A program made the position numbers and the translations under genes. Below the pieces are notes generated by a model that was not told where the DNA came from, ran no database searches, and saw nothing but the letters and a program-made list of their open reading frames with translations. From Deltaproteobacteria bacterium (GTDB lineage Bacteria > Myxococcota > Kuafuiibacteriia > Kuafuiibacteriales > Kuafuiibacteriaceae): DNA of 11,295 nt. The DNA is taken from NCBI GenBank assembly GCA_040218735.1, contig JAVJQW010000014.1, positions 1 through 11,295 on the forward strand. The letters run 5' to 3'. Below are positions 1 to 6,213 of this stretch, in pieces; position 1 is the first letter of the stretch, and every line of letters begins with the position of its first letter.

Positions 1-1
1 C

Positions 2-91
2 GAAGAGCGGACCGAGGACGGCGCGCAGATCGTCGCGCGTTTGGATGTGGCGCGTGACGGGCTCGGCCACATGGAAGCGCACCGTGCGTAG
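2..91 (+). CDS. Possible 3' end of a CDS entering from the left edge (EERTEDGAQIVARLDVARDGLGHMEAHRA*)
   Basis: Frame open from position 2 to TAG at 89-91, with mostly G/C-ending codons. Too short to assign a family. Confidence 0.4.
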   Translation, partial: EERTEDGAQIVARLDVARDGLGHMEAHRA

Positions 92-133
92 GCTGTACGT
101 GTGTCGCTTGGCGTCGGTTGGCTTCCGGGGCGC

Positions 134-427
134 GGGTGAAGGGTTCATCGTCGGCTTCCTTTCGAGCTCGGCCTCGCGGCCGGTGCTTTGGGTCGGGGTT
201 CGCCAAATGGGCGCGACCGTCCGAACTCCTCGAGGCGGTGCGGCGCTTTCTGCGAGGCGAAGCCAAGCCAAGCGAAGCGAGGGGACCGAAAGCAGAGCCG
301 CACCGACCCCAAATGGGGCGGCAGCTCGAGGCGTGAGGCCTCGAAGAGGAGGCGCGCCGGCGTACCTTCGAGCCGAAGCACAACCGTGGTCGACGACAAC
401 GGCAACGAGGAACAGGAACCTTCCCCC
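134..427 (+). other. Extensively self-complementary non-coding element (candidate structured ncRNA, ssDNA structure or REP/MITE-like element)
   Basis: Nested pairings read by eye: 134-146/416-427, 148-154/390-396, 155-166/340-352, 171-178/332-339, 228-234/325-331, 236-244/297-305 (perfect 9 bp), 245-250/288-293 (perfect 6 bp). Side hairpins at 191-218, 307-318 and 366-378. Confidence 0.55.
252..281 (+). repeat. Six tandem pentamers GC[GC]A[AG]
   Basis: gcgag-gcgaa-gccaa-gccaa-gcgaa-gcgag, read directly from the sequence. Confidence 0.8.
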
Positions 428-452
428 CCTGTAGCGTCGAGCGGTGGTGCCG

Positions 453-1355
453 CTACTCCCAATTGCCCGGGGGAATGAGGTCCGACATTGGAGTGCGACC
501 GTGTCGAGGCGGTGCGTCGTCAGCGTATAGCGTCCACTCGATAGCCAAGTCGTCGAGAGGCGTTGGGGACGATGAGACGACGAGATTGCAGACTACGAGT
601 CCCGTGTTGTTTCGGTCGTGCGCTGCGCGCCGCTCCTGGGGAAACAGCTTGACGCCACGCCCCGTGACCTCCTTGCCGCGCACGGGGCCACCGGTGAAGC
701 CAAACGACGCGGGCAAGGACGCAACAAAGGCCCAATCGCCAGCGAACGTTTGACCGCGATTCACAGCAACGAAATCCACCACGAAGACGCAGCTCCGCGG
801 GTTCCCTCGCGGATCACAACGAACCTCGACCCCGCTTGTAGAGATTTCGAGATCGACGTGGGGGACGCCGCGGCGGCTGACGAGTTCGCGGACCTCCCAG
901 TCGCTAAGCGCATAGGTGGTGCGCCCGGCGCGACGATAGTACCGACCATCGCTCGCCTGACAACCACGGAGCTGCCGTTCGACCTCGACGACAAGGGCAT
1001 AGCGACCGCTCGACAGGTCGACACGGTGGACGTTGATGACCGGCGTGGGCTGGACAACCGCGGCAATCTTGTTCGCGAGATCCTCAGCCGTAAGGTCTCC
1101 CTTCCGCGCCGTATCAAAGGCGTATTCGTCGTCGATGGAGACCGCGTGGCCGCCCTTGCCCTCGCGGATGCCGTAGACGATGACGCCGCCAGCGCTGTTG
1201 GCGAGCGCAGAGACGTCCTTGCTCAACTCGGTGCGAATCTTATCGCGCGTCTTGTTGTGAAGTCGGAGTGCGTCGCATGTCTTGAAGTCGAGGTTGTCTG
1301 CTTCGACCTCCTGGTCATCGACGAATCGTTGAAGTCGAGCCTCGTCCCACGTCAT
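453..1355 (-). CDS. Schlafen/AlbA_2-domain protein with C-terminal beta-rich (Ig-like) domain; putative defence ribonuclease
   Basis: N-terminal EADNLDFK, KDVSALANSAGGVIVYGIRE and GRYYRRAG match AlbA_2/Schlafen motifs (ExxxxE/DxK; SAFANxxGGxxxxG). The last ~135 aa show alternating hydrophobic beta-strand patterns. Confidence 0.88.
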   Translation of the reverse strand: MTWDEARLQRFVDDQEVEADNLDFKTCDALRLHNKTRDKIRTELSKDVSALANSAGGVIVYGIREGKGGHAVSIDDEYAFDTARKGDLTAEDLANKIAAVVQPTPVINVHRVDLSSGRYALVVEVERQLRGCQASDGRYYRRAGRTTYALSDWEVRELVSRRGVPHVDLEISTSGVEVRCDPRGNPRSCVFVVDFVAVNRGQTFAGDWAFVASLPASFGFTGGPVRGKEVTGRGVKLFPQERRAAHDRNNTGLVVCNLVVSSSPTPLDDLAIEWTLYADDAPPRHGRTPMSDLIPPGNWE

Positions 1356-1443
1356 GTCGGCGGGTCTATAGCGAAGATCGGACGCTCAAAGGAGGGGCCT
1401 CGCCGTCATGCGCGCTCGCGCCCGTGGTAGCGTCCGCCGCGCG

Positions 1444-2313
1444 ATGCCGTCTGTGATGCACGAGGCGTTGATCGATCTGTTCCGGCAGCGAACGCGCCTC
1501 GCGCCGGAGCTACTCGAAGAAGCGTTGGGCGTCGCCCTCCCCGCCTACGACGACGTCCGAACCGAGGACGCCACGCTCACGCAGATCGTTCCGACCGAGT
1601 ATCACGCGGACCTCGTCGTCCTGCTGATGGACGGCACCCCGGTGCACGGCATCGTCGTCGAGGTGCAGCTGCGCCGGGACGGCAACAAGAAGTACTCGTG
1701 GCCGCTCTATCTGACGGCGCTGCGCGCGAAGATTCGCTGCGAGGTGTCGGTCCTCGTCGTGACGCCCCACGAGCGTGTCGCCGCGTGGGCGGCCGAGCCG
1801 ATAGCGCTGGGCCCGCAGGGGACGTTCACGCCATGGGTGCTCGGCCCGGGCGTCGTGCCGCGCATCGAGGACCCGGTGCGTGCCGAACGCGCCCCCGAGC
1901 TCGCGGTCCTCTCGGCGATCGCCCACGGTCAGGCCCCAGGAAGCATCGACGTCGTCACCACGGCGCTCACGGCCGTTTCCACGCTCGACGATGCCCGAGC
2001 CGCGCTGTACGCTGATTTGGTGATGGCCTCGCTCGGCGAGGCCGTTGCGAAGGAGCTTCAAGCGATGGTCGCTACCGGCAAGTACGAGTATCAGTCCGAG
2101 TTCGCGAAGAAGTACTTCGCCGAGGGCGCCGCCGAGGGCGAAGCCCAGGGACGCGCCGCGATGCTCCTGCGCGTGCTCGAGCGTCGTGGTCTCGCGGTCT
2201 CGGACGAGCAGCGGACCGCCATCGAGTCTTGCCACGACGCGGTCCGCCTCGAGCTGTGGCTCGACCGGGCGCTCGAAGCAACCTCCACCGACGACGTGCT
2301 CTCCGACGTCTGA
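1444..2313 (+). CDS. Rpn/YhgA-like PD-(D/E)XK nuclease-domain protein with C-terminal helical tail
   Basis: MPSVMHEALIDLF start, ADLVVLL...IVVEVQL catalytic-type motif, ELAVLSAIAHG, then YQSEFAKKYFAEGAAEGEAQGR...LLRVLERRG...LELWLDRALEA, a tail typical of Rpn/DUF4351-like proteins. Alternative start is ATG 1408, which has AAGGAGG at 1389-1395. Confidence 0.8.
   Translation: MPSVMHEALIDLFRQRTRLAPELLEEALGVALPAYDDVRTEDATLTQIVPTEYHADLVVLLMDGTPVHGIVVEVQLRRDGNKKYSWPLYLTALRAKIRCEVSVLVVTPHERVAAWAAEPIALGPQGTFTPWVLGPGVVPRIEDPVRAERAPELAVLSAIAHGQAPGSIDVVTTALTAVSTLDDARAALYADLVMASLGEAVAKELQAMVATGKYEYQSEFAKKYFAEGAAEGEAQGRAAMLLRVLERRGLAVSDEQRTAIESCHDAVRLELWLDRALEATSTDDVLSDV
2065..2313 (+). CDS. Putative nested in-frame small protein (RpnS-like, 82 aa)
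   Basis: AAGGAG at 2050-2055 lies 9 nt before an in-frame ATG at 2065, at the junction between the nuclease body and the C-terminal tail. Confidence 0.5.
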   Translation: MVATGKYEYQSEFAKKYFAEGAAEGEAQGRAAMLLRVLERRGLAVSDEQRTAIESCHDAVRLELWLDRALEATSTDDVLSDV

Positions 2314-2322
2314 GGCGAGCGC

Positions 2323-2949
2323 GTGGGCGCCGACGACAACATCGAACGCTTCGACCCCGACACGCAGCTGCAGGTCGAGTTCCGGCTCCAGCGGTACTTC
2401 GACTCCCACCGGATCATCGAGTTCGTGGGCCACGTTTGCGTAGCCGACGACGAGGATGGTGGCGAAGAAGACCTCGTCGAGATCGGGCGGCTCCGCGGCG
2501 TGTTCATTCCGGAGGTCTGGAGTCCCGCGGAGCTCCTCGACCTGGCGGACTCGGTGCGCGAGGACGTCTATCAGCTCGCGAACATCGAGTGGCGCAATGA
2601 TGACGCCGGCGACGGCCTACGGCTTCCACCGATCACGGACAGCCACGCATCGAGCTGGGTCGGCGTCGAGTCGCTCGAACTCGACCCGAAGTGGCGTGGC
2701 CAGCAAATCGGCTACCACGTGCTTCGCGAGCTCACGCGCTGGTGCGCCAGCCACCCGCACACCCTCCTGGTCGCGAGGCCCCACCCGCTCGTACACGATA
2801 CGCCGTCGCCGACGGAGGCGTCCGCCGGACGGCTCCGCCGCTACTGGTCCGCGTTCGGGCTGCGACCGATCGGCGATAGCGGCGTCTTCGGCCACGGGTT
2901 CGAGTTGAATTGGCCCGAAGGCTCGTGGATGCGGACCCACGGAGAATGA
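2323..2949 (+). CDS. GNAT-fold (acetyltransferase-like) protein
   Basis: VESLELDPKWRGQQIGYHVL resembles GNAT motif A (acetyl-CoA binding) and LRRYWSAFGL resembles the C-terminal FY..GF motif. GAGG lies 7 nt before the GTG; the gene starts 9 nt after the upstream stop. Confidence 0.7.
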   Translation: MGADDNIERFDPDTQLQVEFRLQRYFDSHRIIEFVGHVCVADDEDGGEEDLVEIGRLRGVFIPEVWSPAELLDLADSVREDVYQLANIEWRNDDAGDGLRLPPITDSHASSWVGVESLELDPKWRGQQIGYHVLRELTRWCASHPHTLLVARPHPLVHDTPSPTEASAGRLRRYWSAFGLRPIGDSGVFGHGFELNWPEGSWMRTHGE

Positions 2950-3323
2950 GGCCGCGTGACGAGACGTGGCCTACGATCGCGATCCTCTGCATCGCCCTTC
3001 TCGTCGTGCTGATGTCGGTGGTGATCGACGGACCGGCGGACAAGGTGTGCCTGAGAATTGCGGAGTGTGGCGCCCTCGACGCCGGCGGCTTTCGCTGGGA
3101 CACGCGCACAAAACCGCGCGGAGGCGAGCCGAGCGTTGCGTCGTGTGTCCAGCGCCTGGAGGAGCCCAACATCGAGGACTTCGTGCTCGACGAATGCGAC
3201 GCGGATCTTCGAGCCTGCCTGGCGAAGAAGAAGTGCGCGGACTTCTTGGCGTGTGCGTACCAGCCAGGGCTCGCCAAGGACGGGTGCGGGGTGCATCGCC
3301 CATGGTGGAAGCTCAGATTCTGA
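2946..3323 (+). CDS. Small Cys-rich membrane-anchored or secreted protein
   Basis: ATG overlaps the GNAT stop (ATGA, 2946-2949). N-terminal hydrophobic segment IAILCIALLVVLMSVVI is followed by 8 Cys. C-terminus is RPWWKLRF. Confidence 0.7.
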   Translation: MRPRDETWPTIAILCIALLVVLMSVVIDGPADKVCLRIAECGALDAGGFRWDTRTKPRGGEPSVASCVQRLEEPNIEDFVLDECDADLRACLAKKKCADFLACAYQPGLAKDGCGVHRPWWKLRF

Positions 3324-3327
3324 GTCG

Positions 3328-3630
3328 GTGACCTACACCTTCGGACAGGAGGAAAGACTGAACGCCCGTGTAGACAAAGAGGAGGCGCACCAGGCAGGGT
3401 CTTCGGTCGTGAAGAAGACGCTCGACAACAACAGTGTCAACAAGGGCCACGGAGGCTCCGTGACGTCGCGCCGCGACGGACAAGGCGGATCGATCACGAG
3501 CGGAACCGGCGGCGCTGCGATGTTTGGCGAAGAGATGATCGTTGTTCAAACGATTCCGGTGACGCGACCGAGCGCCAGCGCTACCTCGAGTTCATCGACC
3601 CAGGCGTCTGGCCGCACCGGAAAGAAATAG
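3328..3630 (+). CDS. Possible 100-aa Gly/Ser/Thr-rich hypothetical protein or gene fragment
   Basis: GTG lies 4 nt after the previous stop, the first two-thirds has G/C-ending codon bias, and there is an internal repeat GGSVTS/GGSITS. No clear SD; overlaps the convergent gene by 39 nt. Confidence 0.3.
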   Translation: MTYTFGQEERLNARVDKEEAHQAGSSVVKKTLDNNSVNKGHGGSVTSRRDGQGGSITSGTGGAAMFGEEMIVVQTIPVTRPSASATSSSSTQASGRTGKK

Positions 3631-4785
3631 GCGGCGGCGAGAATCGAGGCGCGCCACCGCAGCCTCGCAAGCGAGAGGAAGATGATGCGGCGGCAGGGCC
3701 GCCAACGATCCCGCGATCTCGTTTACGAGCGCAGAAGCGAAGACTTCGTCGTCGGCTGGAGCGTCTTCATCAGCCAACCGCCAGGCTGCTGCGAGATCTC
3801 TCTGCCCGCGGAATGCGTTGAACCGCCACGAGACCGAACGTGAAGTCACCAGCTCAGCATCGGACGCTTCGATCGATGCGGCACGAGGCAACACGAGATG
3901 AACGGTGGTCGGCTGTTCGGCCAGCGCGCAGTGGTACGGGTCGCTAAACACGAAGTGCGAACCGGTACGGCGTACAAGACCAGGTCGCGCGACGACGAAA
4001 CCTATTGTGCGACTCTCACCGGGGGGAATCGTTCCATCGGGGCGAAGAACCAGCTCGTAGCGACTACTGTTGGGGACACGTGTGTGGATGGCCGCTTCTG
4101 AAGAGCCGTGGGGGCCGTCCAGGCCATCGAAGACACTTCGTACAACAGACGGGCCGTCGGTGAAGGACCAACGAAGTTCCAGATCGATGGCGCGAGCGCG
4201 AAGAGGCGAAGTGCCATCGTTGGCGATGGAGAGCCGGAGATACTGAAGGACGTCCTGCGAGTTCGGTTCGACAGAAAGCACGGTGTGACTTTCACACCGA
4301 TGCTGGTCTCGCGGTGAAGACGAGGGCGAGGGCCTCCAGTGAGTCCCGTAATGCTTGTCGATGATCTCCGGATTCTTGGCCCACTCGGATTTGAGGTCCT
4401 CCCAGAAGAGGACGACGATCCGAAAGGGAGCCGGGTTGGACTTGAAGTGCTCCCGGACCCTCTGCTGGAAGCCGGCATCGCGATCAGCCGCAACGACGAA
4501 GTAGTACTCCTCGATCCTGGGAGTGAACGCCTTGGCGCGCTCGACCTCCTTGATAAGCTTGGAGAGCGAGAGCTTGTCCGTGTTCTTGCACTGCGCCCCG
4601 ACGTAGCCGCCGTTCAAGCGAGGGGGCTGACCAATGAGGTCGACGCCGTGTTGATGCTGGCCCCGTCGTCCATTTCTTTGTGCCGCTGGGTCGGACCAGT
4701 AGACACGCATCGCCTCAAGCGCCATGTCCTCAAACTCGTTCTCATCCGTAGGTTTCGGGAGCTTGGATGTATGCGGCGATGGCAT
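3592..4785 (-). CDS. Mrr-like restriction-endonuclease domain fused to an uncharacterised Ig-like/helical C-terminal region
   Basis: N-terminal FEDMALEAM...NGRRGQHQHGVDLIG...GAQCK...FWEDL is the Mrr-type D...QxK nuclease module often seen as a defence effector. No Walker A seen in the rest of the protein. Confidence 0.82.
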   Translation of the reverse strand: MPSPHTSKLPKPTDENEFEDMALEAMRVYWSDPAAQRNGRRGQHQHGVDLIGQPPRLNGGYVGAQCKNTDKLSLSKLIKEVERAKAFTPRIEEYYFVVAADRDAGFQQRVREHFKSNPAPFRIVVLFWEDLKSEWAKNPEIIDKHYGTHWRPSPSSSPRDQHRCESHTVLSVEPNSQDVLQYLRLSIANDGTSPLRARAIDLELRWSFTDGPSVVRSVFDGLDGPHGSSEAAIHTRVPNSSRYELVLRPDGTIPPGESRTIGFVVARPGLVRRTGSHFVFSDPYHCALAEQPTTVHLVLPRAASIEASDAELVTSRSVSWRFNAFRGQRDLAAAWRLADEDAPADDEVFASALVNEIAGSLAALPPHHLPLACEAAVARLDSRRRLFLSGAARRLGR

Positions 4786-4836
4786 TTGCTCAGCAAGCAG
4801 CAGCGCAACTGCAATAAGACAAGGGATTGCGCCGGC

Positions 4837-5286
4837 TCAAGCCGGCACACGGTGAATGACACGCGGATCGATCTTGGTTTCGCGCTCTGCTCCCGGGAAC
4901 ATGTCGAGCTGACGGCACCAGTCGCTGTCTCCGTGTTCGCGGTGATGGTCGTCGACGCACAACCAGACGACATGGAGGTGCGCGTCGGGAGCAACGTAGT
5001 CGGGGTGATGCGCCTGCACTTCGTGTGAACCGCAATCGCGACACGGCTGCGGCACGAGTTCGCCGCGGAGGATCGCCCGACTGGTTCGTTGGCGAACGAT
5101 CTTCTTGAGCTTCTCCTCCGCAGAGAGCGTCCGCCCCTTGCGGCGATCCTTCGTGTCTTTTGCGGTGCAGCCCTTACACGCCGCGCGAACGCCGGCCTTC
5201 ACGTGGTGTCGACGACGATGGAAGTCGGTGAGCGGCAGATCCTTGCCGCACTTCGAGCAACACTTCGTAGGGACCGCTACGGACAT
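4837..5286 (-). CDS. Zn-finger plus HNH-like protein (149 aa, phage/MGE type)
   Basis: CSKC...CKGC N-terminal Zn finger, then PCRDCG..VQAHHPDY...VVWLCVDDHHREH. Start placed at ATG 5286, because the longer 492-aa ORF is antisense to the lipoprotein gene. Confidence 0.78.
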   Translation of the reverse strand: MSVAVPTKCCSKCGKDLPLTDFHRRRHHVKAGVRAACKGCTAKDTKDRRKGRTLSAEEKLKKIVRQRTSRAILRGELVPQPCRDCGSHEVQAHHPDYVAPDAHLHVVWLCVDDHHREHGDSDWCRQLDMFPGAERETKIDPRVIHRVPA

Positions 5287-5406
5287 CGCCTTCGAACCGA
5301 GTGCCCCTAGCGTACAACGAAACGGACTAGGACGACGACGTGCATCGAGCCGCTTGGCGCGCCGAGGTTCCGGCGAGTAGCGTCCCCCACCGTGCGACGC
5401 CCCGCG

Positions 5407-6192
5407 ATGAATTCGATCTCGTGCGCCCTCTCGCTCGCGATACTCGCTGCAGGCTGTAGTGGCAACGGCGGCGATGACGACGACTCGACCTTCGTACCGC
5501 TTGACGCGCGCCCGGCGTATGACGCTGGACCTCGGTCGAGAGACGGAGGCGCTGGAGACGCCGGAGAGGTCGTCGACGGCGGCTTCCGAGACGGAGGTCT
5601 CACCGCGGACGGCGGAGCCAGAGATAGCGGAGTTCAGGACGCGGGGCAGGACCAAGATGGAGGAGTACCGAGAGACGCTGGCCCCCCTCGTGATGCGGGC
5701 CCCGCACGGGACGCGGGTCCACCGCGCGACGCCGGACCCGCGCGTGATGGCGGCGCGCTGCCGGGCGTGGCCAACGAGACGGACGCCCAGGAGGAGTGCG
5801 ACTTCTGCAACCTGCAGTTCCCGGCCTCGATCACGATGAACGCCGGCGAGACCACGCCAGACATCTACGGGCGGATCTACGAGGCGGGCGTGACAGAGGC
5901 CTCGGGACCGGGACCGGGGATCATCGCCGAGGTCGGCTACGGCCCGGCGGGGACCGATCCGAGGACCTCGACCGCGTGGGCGTGGCAGACCGCGGGCTTC
6001 AACATGATCCCCGGCAACGACGACGAGTACATGGGCGCGTTCGCGATCTCGAGCGCCGGCAGCTACCTGTACACGTTCCGGTTCTCGCTCGACGGCGGTG
6101 CGTCGTTCTCGTACGGTGATCTCGACGGGGCAGGGTCCAACGCGGGGCTGGTGTTCTCGGTGACGCAGCTCGGAACGCTGTCCGTGAACTAA
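5407..6192 (+). CDS. Lipoprotein with DAG-rich linker and C-terminal beta-sandwich domain
   Basis: Lipobox LAAG-C and a DAG/DGG low-complexity linker. The domain NLQFP..IYGRIYEAGVT..AEVGYGP..WAWQTA..GNDDEY..YTFRFSLDGG resembles modules I recall from amylopullulanases and myxobacterial surface proteins. Alternative start is GTG 5392. Confidence 0.82.
   Translation: MNSISCALSLAILAAGCSGNGGDDDDSTFVPLDARPAYDAGPRSRDGGAGDAGEVVDGGFRDGGLTADGGARDSGVQDAGQDQDGGVPRDAGPPRDAGPARDAGPPRDAGPARDGGALPGVANETDAQEECDFCNLQFPASITMNAGETTPDIYGRIYEAGVTEASGPGPGIIAEVGYGPAGTDPRTSTAWAWQTAGFNMIPGNDDEYMGAFAISSAGSYLYTFRFSLDGGASFSYGDLDGAGSNAGLVFSVTQLGTLSVN
5671..5742 (+). repeat. Four 18-bp coding tandem repeats, RDAGP[P/A]
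   Basis: RDAGPP-RDAGPA-RDAGPP-RDAGPA, with diverged synonymous codons. Confidence 0.85.
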
Positions 6193-6213
6193 ACGAAGAG
6201 GAGACGCGACGTA

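Noticed and set aside
190-206. GGGGTTCGCCA as a tRNA 3'-end or att remnant
   Set aside because: No T-arm or acceptor-stem geometry and no second copy in the window.
45-478. Short overlapping ORFs (45..434, 118..336, 145..462, 188..478)
   Set aside because: Arg/Ala/Ser/Pro-rich, no SD or motifs; the region is better explained as structured non-coding DNA.
618-1430. 270-aa + strand ORF
   Set aside because: Antisense to the Schlafen gene, with no motifs; typical high-GC shadow ORF.
1510-2433. 307-aa minus-strand ORF
   Set aside because: Antisense to the Rpn-like and GNAT genes; no recognisable motifs.
4339-5028. 229-aa + strand ORF
   Set aside because: Antisense to the REase and HNH-like genes, which carry clear motifs.
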